From Spirochaetia bacterium (GTDB lineage: Bacteria; Spirochaetota; Spirochaetia; UBA9216): a stretch of 64,000 bases of DNA. Below the pieces are notes generated by a model, which was given only the letters and a program-made list of their open reading frames with translations, did no database searches and was not told the DNA's origin. This document shows positions 8,607 to 18,888 of the stretch, one piece after another. The number at the start of each line of letters is the position of its first letter. Position 1 is the stretch's first letter. The DNA is taken from contig CAXXYH010000004.1 of the NCBI GenBank assembly GCA_963677925.2, positions 416,001 through 480,000 of the forward strand, written 5' to 3'. The position numbers and the translations under genes were made by a program.

Positions 8607-10463
8607 ATGTCAATTACCGGCGATGATGAGATAAAAAATTTTTTACCAGTTAATAAAAAAGATTTAAATATTTTAGGATGGAAAGAGTGTGATTTTATTA
8701 TAGTCAGCGGTGATGCCTATGTAGATCATCCTTCTTTTGGTTCTGCAATCATTTCCAGGATGCTTGAAAAAGAAGGCTTTAGAGTTGGTATTATAAGTCA
8801 GCCTGATTGGACAAATCCTGATTCAGTGAAAATACTCGGACGGCCAAGGCTAGCCTTTCTGCTTACTTCCGGAAATATGGACTCAATGGTGAGCAATTAT
8901 TCCTCTTCTCTCAGAAAAAGAAAAAATGACTCATATTCTCCCGGAGGTGCTGCAGGAAGACGCCCGGATCGTGCATTGATTGTGTATACATCTCTGGTTA
9001 AAGCTGCTTTTAAAGGGATTCCGGTTGTTATCGGCGGAATAGAAGCGTCACTTAGAAGATTAGGTCATTATGATTACTGGAGTGATAAGGTAAGAAGATC
9101 AGTATTAATTGATACCAAGGCGGATTTACTTGTATATGGTATGGCTGAGAGACAGATTACAGAACTTGGAAAGAGACTTTCTACCGGTATCAAGATTGAA
9201 GAAATTAAAGATATTCCGGGAACCGTAATAAAACTGAGTGAGAAAGATTTTAATTATTATGCAGATACCACTGATAATCTTCTTCGGCTCCCTGAATATC
9301 AGGATATTTTAAAAGATAAGAATAAGTTTGCAGAGAGTTTCAGGATTCAGTATGAGAATACAAATCCCTTTTCCGCATCTATTCTCGCAGAAAAAACTGA
9401 TGCCCAATGGGTTATTCAGAATCCTCCCCAAAGACCTCTTTCGGCTGAAGAGCTTGATGCGGTTTATGCTCTCCCTTTTACCAGGAAATATCATCCTATG
9501 TATGAAAAGGAAGGGGGTATTCCTGCTTTAAAGGAAGTAGAGTTCAGTCTTGCTGTTAACAGGGGTTGTTTTGGTGCATGCAGTTTCTGTGCTCTGGCCT
9601 TTCACCAGGGCAGGATTGTTCAGGCAAGATCGATTGAGTCTGTTATTAGTGAAGCAGAATGTATGGTGCAAAATCCTGAATTTAAGGGAATTATACATGA
9701 TGCAGGCGGTCCCACTGCGAATTTTTTTCATGCTTCCTGCAAAAAGCAGGAGAAACACGGGTCATGTCCCGATAGGGAATGCCTGTTTCCTGAGCCTTGT
9801 CCGAATCTGGATACAGATCATACTGAATATCTAAAACTTCTCCGAAGGCTGAGGAAACTGCCTGAAATTAAAAGAGTATTTATTCGTTCCGGAATAAGAT
9901 TCGATTATCTGATGGAAGCGGTAAAGCGGGAGAATAAATCAAATAAAACATCTGGTAAGGATTTTTTCAGCGATCTGTGTAAATATCATGTCAGCGGCCA
10001 GCTGAAAACGGCACCTGAACATATCTCTCCAGGGGTTCTGAAACTTATGAGGAAACCTGGAAACCGGGTTTACAGAGAGTTTGAAGATAAGTTCAGAGAA
10101 ATAAATAAGATTGAAGGAAAAAAACAGTATATTATTCCCTATCTTATATCTGGTCATCCCGGTTCCGGGCTTAAGGAAGCTATTGAACTGGCTGTTTATC
10201 TTAAAAAGCAGAAATTTATTCCTGATCAGGTTCAGGATTTCTACCCTACACCATCAACCATATCCACATGCATGTATTATTCAGGAATTGATCCTCTTAA
10301 CGGGAAAAAGGTATATACTGCAAAAACACCGCAGGAAAAAGCCATGCAGCGTGCTCTTCTACACTTTCATAAGCCGGAAAACCGAAAACTTGTAATAAAG
10401 GCATTGAAAGAAGCAGGCAGAACTGATCTAATAGGCAGCGGAAAAAACTGTCTTATCAGGTGA
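8607..10463 (+). CDS. YgiQ-family radical SAM protein
   Basis: GDAYVDHPSFG, GGIEASLRR, RGCFGACSFC, SGIRFD, QVQDFYPTP. Confidence 0.92.
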   Translation: MSITGDDEIKNFLPVNKKDLNILGWKECDFIIVSGDAYVDHPSFGSAIISRMLEKEGFRVGIISQPDWTNPDSVKILGRPRLAFLLTSGNMDSMVSNYSSSLRKRKNDSYSPGGAAGRRPDRALIVYTSLVKAAFKGIPVVIGGIEASLRRLGHYDYWSDKVRRSVLIDTKADLLVYGMAERQITELGKRLSTGIKIEEIKDIPGTVIKLSEKDFNYYADTTDNLLRLPEYQDILKDKNKFAESFRIQYENTNPFSASILAEKTDAQWVIQNPPQRPLSAEELDAVYALPFTRKYHPMYEKEGGIPALKEVEFSLAVNRGCFGACSFCALAFHQGRIVQARSIESVISEAECMVQNPEFKGIIHDAGGPTANFFHASCKKQEKHGSCPDRECLFPEPCPNLDTDHTEYLKLLRRLRKLPEIKRVFIRSGIRFDYLMEAVKRENKSNKTSGKDFFSDLCKYHVSGQLKTAPEHISPGVLKLMRKPGNRVYREFEDKFREINKIEGKKQYIIPYLISGHPGSGLKEAIELAVYLKKQKFIPDQVQDFYPTPSTISTCMYYSGIDPLNGKKVYTAKTPQEKAMQRALLHFHKPENRKLVIKALKEAGRTDLIGSGKNCLIR

Positions 10464-10466
10464 TAA

Positions 10467-11816
10467 ATGAAAAAATTAATTAAAGACCCTGTTTATCCGG
10501 AATTACTGAAAATTGCAGGACCGATTGCTCTACATAATCTGGTCATAAATTCTCTCAGCTTTATTGATACTTTTATGATTGGAAGGCTGGGAGAAACCGA
10601 GATTGCAGCTGTAGGAATTGGCAACCAGCTGTTTTTTCTCTATTCTCTTGTTCTTTTCGGGATAGGAAGCGGTTGTGGAGTTTTTGTTTCACAGTATTGG
10701 GGAAAAAAGGATTTTAACGGAATAAGAAGATCTGCCGGTCTTGGCGTAGTATTCGGTTTAACAGCGGCATTGCCCTTTCTATTTCTATCGCTATTAATCC
10801 CAGTTCAGATTACTTCGATATTTTCCACAGATATAAGTGTTATTACACCGGGAGCGGAATATCTTAAGATTGTTTCGTTAAGTTATATTTTTTCTTCCGT
10901 AAGCATTATTTTTGCACAGGTTCAGCGAAGTATTGAAAAGCCTGCTGTTCCTCTGCTTGTTTCATTATGTGCCCTGGGAATCAATACAATTCTTAACTAT
11001 CTTTTTATTTTCGGAAAGGCCGGGTTTCCAGAATGGGGAGTTAAGGGTGTTGCAATTGCAACAGTAATTTCAAGATTTATTGAATGCGTTCTCATGATTT
11101 CGATTGTATTTTTAAACAGGAAAAATCCGCTCAACGGAAAGCTGAAGGATTTTATTAGTTTTCCGGAAGGTTTTTTCCCCAGATTTTTGAGGACGACTGC
11201 GCCTGTAATAATTAATGAATTATTCTGGTCGCTTGGCATGACTGTGTATAAGGCCGTTTATGGACGTCTGGGTACAGATTCTCTGGCCTCAGTCAATATT
11301 ACCGAAGCTATAATGAATCTGATGTTTGTTGCGCTAATAGGCTCTGGTTTCGGAACAGCGGTAATAACCGGTAAAAAAATCGGTGAACAGAAATATGATG
11401 AGGCAAGAATTAACGGTACAAAATTTGTAAAACTTGCCTTTATTGAGGGTCTTATAATGGCTGGAGTGACTCTGCTGCTATGCAGGAAACTGCCTTCAGC
11501 TTTTAATGTTTCTCAGCATGTAAAAGACAACGCTTCAATTTTAATTATTATTTATGCAGCCCTGCTTCCCTTTAAATCATTCAATATTCATACAATAGTA
11601 GGTGTTTTCAGGGGCGGAGGAGATACCCTGTTTGCAGCAGGCGCTGAAATATCAGGTGTATGGGCTGTAGGTGTGGTTCTGGCCTTAATTACAGGTCTGT
11701 GGCTTCGTATGCCTGTATATTTCGTCTTTGCTTTTGTGAATTGTGAAGAATTATATAAATTCCTGGTTGGGGCCTGGAGAATGGCTTCGGGGAAATGGCT
11801 TCATGATGTAACATGA
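10467..11816 (+). CDS. MATE family efflux transporter
   Basis: DTFMIGRLG, SQYWG, GVKGVAIATVISR, FRGGGDT; about 12 TM segments. Confidence 0.9.
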   Translation: MKKLIKDPVYPELLKIAGPIALHNLVINSLSFIDTFMIGRLGETEIAAVGIGNQLFFLYSLVLFGIGSGCGVFVSQYWGKKDFNGIRRSAGLGVVFGLTAALPFLFLSLLIPVQITSIFSTDISVITPGAEYLKIVSLSYIFSSVSIIFAQVQRSIEKPAVPLLVSLCALGINTILNYLFIFGKAGFPEWGVKGVAIATVISRFIECVLMISIVFLNRKNPLNGKLKDFISFPEGFFPRFLRTTAPVIINELFWSLGMTVYKAVYGRLGTDSLASVNITEAIMNLMFVALIGSGFGTAVITGKKIGEQKYDEARINGTKFVKLAFIEGLIMAGVTLLLCRKLPSAFNVSQHVKDNASILIIIYAALLPFKSFNIHTIVGVFRGGGDTLFAAGAEISGVWAVGVVLALITGLWLRMPVYFVFAFVNCEELYKFLVGAWRMASGKWLHDVT

Positions 11817-11868
11817 TCTTGTGTTACAAGCTATAAAAGCATTAAGATACTTCTGATAAGGAGAAATT

Positions 11869-12582
11869 ATGTTAGTGCCGATCCTCAATACTGATGAATC
11901 TTATGATTTAAATCCGCCGAAAATAGTAGCGCTGGGACTTAATTATGATGAGCACATCAAAGAAAGCCTGTCTTTAAAAGCAAAGGGTCTCACTCCTGAA
12001 AGACCTTCAGAACCTGTGATTTTTCCCAAAGCAACCTCTGCTATTATCGGGAATGGTGAAAATATTGTAATTCCCTCTTTTCTTAACAGTTACAGCTTTG
12101 AATCAGAAACCAGGACTGATTATGAAGCAGAATTAGCCTTTATTATAAAAAAAGACTGCCGGAATGTCCGAAGAGAGGATGCTGCAGATTATATTTACGG
12201 GTTTACCTGTCTTAATGATATTAGTCAGCGTAATCTTCAGACCGGGGATAAATCCGGCTGGTTCAGGGGAAAATCACTTGATACTTTCTGCCCTGTGGGC
12301 CCTGTAATTGTTCGCCCGGAAGATCTTTCTAATCCGCAGAATCTGAATATTGAATGCCGCCTTAATGGGAAGACTGTGCAGAAAGGCAATACTTCTATGA
12401 TGATTTTCGGTATCTATGAGATAATTGAGATTCTATCTTCCTGGTTTACCCTGAAAAAGGGAGATCTTATATCAACAGGAACACCTTCAGGTATTGGTCC
12501 TCTTTCTGCTGGCGATATAGTTGAGGTGGAAATAGAAGGAATAGGCATTCTTAAAAATTACGTAATCGAAGAAGATAAATAA
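11869..12582 (+). CDS. Fumarylacetoacetate hydrolase family protein
   Basis: ALGLNY, DYEAEL, NDISQR, GKSLDTFCPVGP, GDLISTGTP. Confidence 0.92.
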   Translation: MLVPILNTDESYDLNPPKIVALGLNYDEHIKESLSLKAKGLTPERPSEPVIFPKATSAIIGNGENIVIPSFLNSYSFESETRTDYEAELAFIIKKDCRNVRREDAADYIYGFTCLNDISQRNLQTGDKSGWFRGKSLDTFCPVGPVIVRPEDLSNPQNLNIECRLNGKTVQKGNTSMMIFGIYEIIEILSSWFTLKKGDLISTGTPSGIGPLSAGDIVEVEIEGIGILKNYVIEEDK

Positions 12583-12600
12583 GTACAGGAGTCAATCAGC

Positions 12601-13854
12601 ATGAGTTTTTCAAAATTTGGTGAAAGATTTATTTCTGGTACCGGAATAAAAGATTTAATAGATGACCTAGGAAAATATGCCGGTCTGGAGGGATCCTGCA
12701 TGCTTGGCGGCGGAAATCCAGCTATTATTCCGGAAGTCAGCAGTATCTGGAGAGATCGCATAAAGGAAATTACCGCGGAACCTGAAAATCTGGACAGGAT
12801 GCTGGGACTGTATGATACTTCTATTGGTAAAATTGTATTCTTTGAGAAACTGGCTGAAATGCTTAATGCCGAATACGGCTGGCCGGTTACGGCTGAAAAT
12901 ATTGCTGTGGTTAACGGCAGTCAGACCTCATGCTTTCTTCTTTTTAATATGATTGCCGGTAAAAATTCAGCAGGCGGAAAAAACCGACTTCTTCTTCCTC
13001 TAATGCCGGAATATATAGGTTATGCTGATCAGTGTATCGATCCGGATTCCTTTGTTTCATGCAGACCTGAGATAAACAAGACCGCTGACCGGGAATTTAA
13101 ATATTCGGTGAACTTTGACTGTCTTGATTACAGTGATGTGAATGCCGTTGTAGCATCAAGACCGACTAACCCGACAGGTAATGTACTTACAGATTCAGAG
13201 GTACAGAGACTGAGTGATATTGCACAGGAAATGGAAATACCTCTGATTCTGGATAATGCTTACGGACTACCCTTTCCCGGAATAATTTTTGAAGACGTAA
13301 GACCCTTCTGGAACAGTAACGTGATTTTAAGCATGAGTCTATCCAAGATAGGTCTTCCCGCAACTAGAACCGGCATTATAATTGCAGACCGAAAATATAT
13401 AGAAGCTATTTCCGCTATGAGCGCTGTAGCAAGCCTTGCTCCGGGCGGAATTGGTCAGGAGATCGTACTGCCGATGCTTGAAGACCGGTCAATTCTTAAA
13501 ATCAGCCGCGAGATTGTTATGCCCTTCTACCGGAAAAAATCTGAAAAAACTATCAGCCTTATCAAGGAAATATTTGGTACACGGTTTGATTTTTCTATTC
13601 ATAAGAGTGAGGGTGCTATCTTTCTGTGGATATGGTTCAGAGAACTTAAAGGTTCATCAGTGGAACTGTATAACCGTCTTAAAGAACGCGGAGTAATTAT
13701 TGTCCCGGGAGAGTATTTTTTCTTCGGGCTTCCGGATGAAGATGCCGGATGGGCACACCGCAGACAGTGTATCAGGATAAATTATTCTCAGAATGAGAGT
13801 GAAGTTAAACGGGGGCTGGAGATAATAGCTGAAGAGGCTGAAAAACTCTGCTGA
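12601..13854 (+). CDS. avtA: Valine--pyruvate transaminase
   Basis: MLGGGNPA, NGSQ, PEYIGYAD, SRPTNPTGNV, DNAYG, SLSKIGLP, EGAIFLW. Confidence 0.88.
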   Translation: MSFSKFGERFISGTGIKDLIDDLGKYAGLEGSCMLGGGNPAIIPEVSSIWRDRIKEITAEPENLDRMLGLYDTSIGKIVFFEKLAEMLNAEYGWPVTAENIAVVNGSQTSCFLLFNMIAGKNSAGGKNRLLLPLMPEYIGYADQCIDPDSFVSCRPEINKTADREFKYSVNFDCLDYSDVNAVVASRPTNPTGNVLTDSEVQRLSDIAQEMEIPLILDNAYGLPFPGIIFEDVRPFWNSNVILSMSLSKIGLPATRTGIIIADRKYIEAISAMSAVASLAPGGIGQEIVLPMLEDRSILKISREIVMPFYRKKSEKTISLIKEIFGTRFDFSIHKSEGAIFLWIWFRELKGSSVELYNRLKERGVIIVPGEYFFFGLPDEDAGWAHRRQCIRINYSQNESEVKRGLEIIAEEAEKLC

Positions 13855-13874
13855 TTATCTGACGAGGAGATAAT

Positions 13875-16148
13875 ATGAAAAAATTCGGTACATTTAAAGG
13901 TGTTTTTGTTCCTTCAACCGAAGCAATTCTTGGAACAGTGCTTTTTCTACTGATGCCGATGCTGACTGCAGATGTCGGACTTTTTTTGATGCTCGCAATA
14001 GTTATTATTGCGCATACGGTAACTCTGGCAACATCCTCTTCTTTATCGGATTGTGCAACAAACCTTAATAAAATATCCGGCGGAGGTATGTATGCTCTTT
14101 CAAAGCAGTCTCTGGGAAACGCTATGGGCGGTTCTATCGGGGTCATGCTTTATCTGGCTCAGGCTGCATCAATTGGGTTCTACTGTATAGGTTTTTCTGA
14201 ACCTCTGCAGCCGATTCTTGCTCCTCTGCTTGCAAAAGTGATTCCGATATTTTCGCAGATTGATCCGGCATCGATTCTTATTCAAAAACAGATTCTTGCC
14301 ACAGTATTTATGCTTATCTTCTTTGTTATCGTTATGATTGGAGCAGATTTTACCCTGAAACTTCAGATTCTTATACTCTTTGTTCTTTTTATCAGTGTTT
14401 TAACAATTTTTGCCGGTCCTCTTTTGAATATTGAATACAGCAGTACAGAAATTTTTACTTCGGGTTTGAATTTAAGAGGAAACCGTACTATTACGATGGC
14501 GGTTTTTTTCTTTACCTTTACCCAGTTTTTTCCGGCTGTCACCGGAATAAGTACCGGAATTGGAATGAGCGGAGATCTGAAAGATCCCCGAAAAAGTATA
14601 GTAAGAGGGACATTCAGTTCTATATTCATCACAATGGCGGTATATCTGGGAGCAGTATTTATTTATTCTGCCATAGATAAGAATATTCTTCTGACCGGGT
14701 ATCAGGAAGGCAGTCCGGTCGGTGTCATTCTTACAGAACTCTTCGGTCTGGGTAAGGAATTTCCTTCCAATCTTCCGGGATTAATGATTTTGATGGGTAT
14801 TCTGTTTGCAACATGCTCATCAGCTCTGAGTGTATTCATGACCGGCCCGCGCACACTGCAGTTTCTGGCCAAAGATGGAATTCTGCCTGAAAAACTTATG
14901 TTTCTTAAAAATGATTTTAAGAAGAGCGGTACGGAACCCAGATATGCAATAATCGTTTCTTTCTTTATAGGTTTTGCAATAATCTGGATGGGAAGTATAA
15001 ATTTTGCCTCGCTGGTTGTCGGTATTCTTTTTCTAGTTGTTTACGGCTGGGTTAACGGGGCAGCCTTTCTTGAAAGGGTGAGCAAAAACCCGGCGTTCAG
15101 ACCCACTTTTAAAGGACACTGGCTTATTTCTCTCTACGGTTTTGCAGCATGTATTACGGCAATCTGTCTTTTTAACTGGAAGGTCGGTCTGATTATCTTT
15201 GTGAGTCAGTACATCATGTTCCGTCTGATTCTTAAATATAAATCGAACGGACAGCTTGAAGGCGTCTGGTGGGGCTTTGTTTTTTCAATGATAACCCGTA
15301 ACCTCTCAAGACTTCAGAAGATTGTACAGGGTACGATGAACTGGAGACCGGTACTTACTGCATTTGCCTTTCCTGAATATCCGGAAGACTGCAGTGCTGT
15401 TGTACAGCTTTCCGAACAGATTGCGGCATATCAGGGCCTGGTTTCCTGTAATCTTCTTGCTCTGAACAGTAAGGATAACAGCGAGGGCAGCGGATTCTGC
15501 ATCGATACTAATGTGCCTCTTGCGAATATCAGATCAGCCAATATGACTGAATCGATAATCACAATGCTTCAGGGCAGTAATGTTACAGGTATAAACAATA
15601 ATACCGTACTGCTTGCCTACAATAACAGGATTAATAATGTAAGCATTATCAAGGCAGTTCTTGATGCCGGTCAGAATATGCTGCTTTACAAAAGCGGGCA
15701 GAAGCAGGCCGGTACGCAGCGGCTGGATATATGGTGGCGTGGAGAACGCAATGGGAACCTGATGGTTCTTCTTGCTTTTATTGTAAACAGGCATCTGAAA
15801 GATAACCGGCTTGCCCCCTACTCTATCAGAATTATCAGACGGCTTGAGAAGGCTCAGCTTGAAGCTGAGGCTAGGGATGAGATTGATAACCTGCTGACTC
15901 TTTCAAGGCTTGAGGGGGATACGGTAATCCTGCCGTGGTCTGACAGGAATTTCATGGATATTCTTACGGAAACTTCACGGGGCGCGTCTCTTGTAATGCT
16001 TGGACTTCCGGGTAATTATGAAAGCAGGCGAAGCAGCGTTTTCAGACTGAATGAGCTGTTTTTCGACAGGGAAATCAACAGCTATAAGGATATGCCGCCG
16101 ATTCTTTTCGTTAAGAGCCACCATGCTATGAATTTAATAGAATCTTAA
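13875..16148 (+). CDS. Prokaryotic cation-chloride cotransporter (SLC12/CCC)-like APC transporter
   Basis: KFGTFKGVFVP, GGGMYAL...GGSIG, FFPAVTG...MSGDLKDP, NWRP, DIWW...NGNLM C-terminal domain. Confidence 0.85.
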   Translation: MKKFGTFKGVFVPSTEAILGTVLFLLMPMLTADVGLFLMLAIVIIAHTVTLATSSSLSDCATNLNKISGGGMYALSKQSLGNAMGGSIGVMLYLAQAASIGFYCIGFSEPLQPILAPLLAKVIPIFSQIDPASILIQKQILATVFMLIFFVIVMIGADFTLKLQILILFVLFISVLTIFAGPLLNIEYSSTEIFTSGLNLRGNRTITMAVFFFTFTQFFPAVTGISTGIGMSGDLKDPRKSIVRGTFSSIFITMAVYLGAVFIYSAIDKNILLTGYQEGSPVGVILTELFGLGKEFPSNLPGLMILMGILFATCSSALSVFMTGPRTLQFLAKDGILPEKLMFLKNDFKKSGTEPRYAIIVSFFIGFAIIWMGSINFASLVVGILFLVVYGWVNGAAFLERVSKNPAFRPTFKGHWLISLYGFAACITAICLFNWKVGLIIFVSQYIMFRLILKYKSNGQLEGVWWGFVFSMITRNLSRLQKIVQGTMNWRPVLTAFAFPEYPEDCSAVVQLSEQIAAYQGLVSCNLLALNSKDNSEGSGFCIDTNVPLANIRSANMTESIITMLQGSNVTGINNNTVLLAYNNRINNVSIIKAVLDAGQNMLLYKSGQKQAGTQRLDIWWRGERNGNLMVLLAFIVNRHLKDNRLAPYSIRIIRRLEKAQLEAEARDEIDNLLTLSRLEGDTVILPWSDRNFMDILTETSRGASLVMLGLPGNYESRRSSVFRLNELFFDREINSYKDMPPILFVKSHHAMNLIES

Positions 16149-16151
16149 TGA

Positions 16152-17162
16152 TTATCTGCTCTGGAAATATTCTTCCAGACAGAGTCCGTTTTCAAATATT
16201 TCGGTTGCAATGGTTTTGCCGATAAAGCGGAGATGCCAGGGTTCATAGGTATAACCTGTTATCTCTTGCTTGTCCTCTGGGTAGCGTATTATAAAACCGA
16301 AGCTGTGGGCGTTTTCACGAACCCAGATACCCGGATCAGTCTTTCCAAAACTTTGCTCCAGCTGGTAATTCATTTCAGGGCAGCTGATATCCATTGCCAG
16401 CCCGCTCTGATGTTCGCTTGTTCCTGGTTTTGCGCTTATCGTATCGGCGTATTCCTTACCATATTTCCGGACATTGGCCTCATACAGGCCTACCTGAGTG
16501 CGGTAGGCCCTGTAGCCTGAGCGGGCATACAAGTCATAACCGCTGAGTTTTGCAGCATCAAAAAGATCTGCCAGAGCCTCGGCGGCCTCTTTTCTGAGGT
16601 GATTAACTTCTTCAAAGCTCAGTATTGTGGGTACGGAGATCTTTACCAGATCGGCCGGAACATAATCGCCGGGCAGCCTTCTGTTTTTATTAACCAGAGT
16701 ATCGAGTGCCTCTGCATCAGTTACTATGCCTTCATTGTTTATATAGCTATCAGGGTCTTTTTTGATATAGAAAAATGCGGAAGCCTGATATTCACCGGCT
16801 GTAACGGTAAGCTCTGCAGTACTTCCTGACATTACGGTGTCTGCCGCTTCGATTTCTATTCTAAATTCTGATTGTTCAGAAACGGCTTCATAATTTTTGA
16901 TAGTCAGTAAATTCCCTGCTGAAAATGATTGATGATCTACAACCTCGGAATTAACTTGAAAACTAAGACTAAGTTCTTTAAGTGTTGTAAAATCTGAGCT
17001 TCTTTCTCCGTTTTTTACCGGATAAAGGACAAGTTCTGAAGTTTCTCCTGGACTCAGCGTAATATTATCTTTAGAAAACTCCAGGGAATCAGGAGTCTGA
17101 GCACTGCATGAAAAAATTATTAAAACTGTGAATGCAAAAACTAATAATCTGTTAAGTCCCAT
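16152..17162 (-). CDS. M15B/VanY D-Ala-D-Ala carboxypeptidase, probable lipoprotein with N-terminal beta domain
   Basis: Lipobox-like IFSC; LVNK, SGYR, SEHQSGLAMD, EPWH. Confidence 0.88.
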   Translation of the reverse strand: MGLNRLLVFAFTVLIIFSCSAQTPDSLEFSKDNITLSPGETSELVLYPVKNGERSSDFTTLKELSLSFQVNSEVVDHQSFSAGNLLTIKNYEAVSEQSEFRIEIEAADTVMSGSTAELTVTAGEYQASAFFYIKKDPDSYINNEGIVTDAEALDTLVNKNRRLPGDYVPADLVKISVPTILSFEEVNHLRKEAAEALADLFDAAKLSGYDLYARSGYRAYRTQVGLYEANVRKYGKEYADTISAKPGTSEHQSGLAMDISCPEMNYQLEQSFGKTDPGIWVRENAHSFGFIIRYPEDKQEITGYTYEPWHLRFIGKTIATEIFENGLCLEEYFQSR

Positions 17163-17202
17163 ACCTAGGACTTAACAGGAATTATCAAAAAAATCAAGGG
17201 AA

Positions 17203-18495
17203 CTACAGCATCAGAAACAGTCTTGATAGGATTAATGCCGCTGCAAGAACAACGAGAACCGGTTTTATCAGACCTGAAAGTGATTTTGCAAGGCCGGTTT
17301 TAAAGTATTCATTAGAGACGATAAGACAGACATGGACCGGAGACATCAGCTGTCCGGCATGTCCAAAAGTATATGCGAGTACTGTTGTAGATGCCACAAG
17401 TGCAAAATCCGGGTTTGTTCCGATTAGACTCATAACAATCGGGAATGCAGCTCCGACTGTTCCTATTGCGATACCGGTGGAAACTCCGCATAGAAATGGA
17501 ATTAGCATAATAAGGATAAATGATGATATTCCCGCATGTGAGAGCTCATCACTCATTACAGACATAAGGAGTCTGCCGTCGGGAAGGTTTCCCTCTATAA
17601 AGGCTCCGTAGATTCTTATCAGCGCTACCAGAACTACCATGGTAATTACACTTTTTGACAGCAGAATCTTTTTCCAAACCACCGGGGCTATAGGCTTTTT
17701 TATCTGCAGATATACTATAGCAGCAAGGATTCCGAGGCTTATCGGCAGATAGCGGGAAATATCTGTCATTCCCGGAAAAATGATGCTCAACCCTGCATAG
17801 AAGATAACGATTATGATAATGGGCATCAGCAGCATGATAATGCTTTCTTTTTTTGTATGTATTACTGAGTTAGTTTTATCTGCCTGCGAGGGTCGTCTGC
17901 GCATCAGGAAAAACCATGCACCGCTTACCGAGAAAAGAGTAATTGGAAACATAATCAGCATGAACTGCCAGACTTCAAGGCCAGAGATATCAATTGCCAG
18001 AAGAACTCCCGGATACAGCGGCCACCAGTACTCCCAGACGTGCCTGAACCAGTAATTAATTCTGGTTTTCTGAAACCCCTTGTAATCACTGTTCGTGTCA
18101 CAGCTGTCCACAAGCGGTGCTGAGAAAACGGCTCCGCCTGGCATCGGCAGAAGTCCTATCACGGCCGGCAGAATAGCCATTGAAGCTTCCCTTGAGAACC
18201 GGGCTGAGATTCCGGAAGAGAGGTCCGCCATTGCGCCAGATTCTTTCATCTGTGATGACAGAACCAAAATAATTATTACTACAAAAAGCAGAAACAGGTT
18301 GTTTATATCGGTAAATCGTTCTGCAGAAATCCTGAGTGCCGTGAACAGGCTGTGACCGCAGAGAATTGCCAGAATTACTGTTCCGGCCAGAACTGCGGGA
18401 ATCTGACGTGATAACAGTCTGTTGATAACTATTATTGCTATCAGAGATATAAGGATTTTTATTAAAACAGGAATGGACAACAAAAACTGATACAC
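17203..18495 (-). CDS. DUF401 family membrane protein (ion transporter superfamily)
   Basis: GLLPMPGGAVFSAP, NYWFRHVWE, SPVHVC. Confidence 0.85.
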   Translation of the reverse strand: MYQFLLSIPVLIKILISLIAIIVINRLLSRQIPAVLAGTVILAILCGHSLFTALRISAERFTDINNLFLLFVVIIILVLSSQMKESGAMADLSSGISARFSREASMAILPAVIGLLPMPGGAVFSAPLVDSCDTNSDYKGFQKTRINYWFRHVWEYWWPLYPGVLLAIDISGLEVWQFMLIMFPITLFSVSGAWFFLMRRRPSQADKTNSVIHTKKESIIMLLMPIIIIVIFYAGLSIIFPGMTDISRYLPISLGILAAIVYLQIKKPIAPVVWKKILLSKSVITMVVLVALIRIYGAFIEGNLPDGRLLMSVMSDELSHAGISSFILIMLIPFLCGVSTGIAIGTVGAAFPIVMSLIGTNPDFALVASTTVLAYTFGHAGQLMSPVHVCLIVSNEYFKTGLAKSLSGLIKPVLVVLAAALILSRLFLML

Positions 18496-18565
18496 AAATT
18501 TCTCCCGGATATTTTAATTTAAATCATATTATCAGCAGGCGCAGTTTTCATCAATTATCGCTGTT

Positions 18566-18601
18566 GTTAGTGTTGACTAATATACTTACTATTGGTATTT
18601 T
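18566..18601 (+). promoter_or_regulatory. feoAB promoter with overlapping DtxR-like box
   Basis: TTAG-N6-CTAA (18567-18580) over -35 TTGACT; TG-n-TATTTT 17 nt downstream. Confidence 0.5.
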
Positions 18602-18633
18602 TGAACTGAACCAGACAAAATAGAAGGAATGAA

Positions 18634-18888
18634 ATGACGCCTGAAGATATGGATGTGAATACTGCAATTCCTCTTGATAAACTTAAACCGGGAAAGTCCG
18701 CGTTGGTTGAACGCATTACAGGCGGCAGACATCTGAGACAGAAGCTGGTGAATCTTGGAATGCTCCCCGGCTCTGAAGTCAGTATTGTACGTTCCAACAG
18801 ACTTGGTCCGATGGTTCTGAATGTGCAGGGTTCACAGATCATGCTTGGTGCAGGGATGGCATCAAAGATATATGTCCGGGAAAACTGA
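18634..18888 (+). CDS. feoA: Ferrous iron transport protein A
   Basis: RQKLVNLGMLPG...GP SH3-like signature; directly upstream of feoB. Confidence 0.92.
   Translation: MTPEDMDVNTAIPLDKLKPGKSALVERITGGRHLRQKLVNLGMLPGSEVSIVRSNRLGPMVLNVQGSQIMLGAGMASKIYVREN

Noticed and set aside
18821-18871. N-terminal extensions of the feoB, yitJ-like (37001), HDOD (41808) and rseC (61772) ORFs
   Set aside because: They overlap the upstream gene; downstream ATGs fit the SD and/or family N-terminus better
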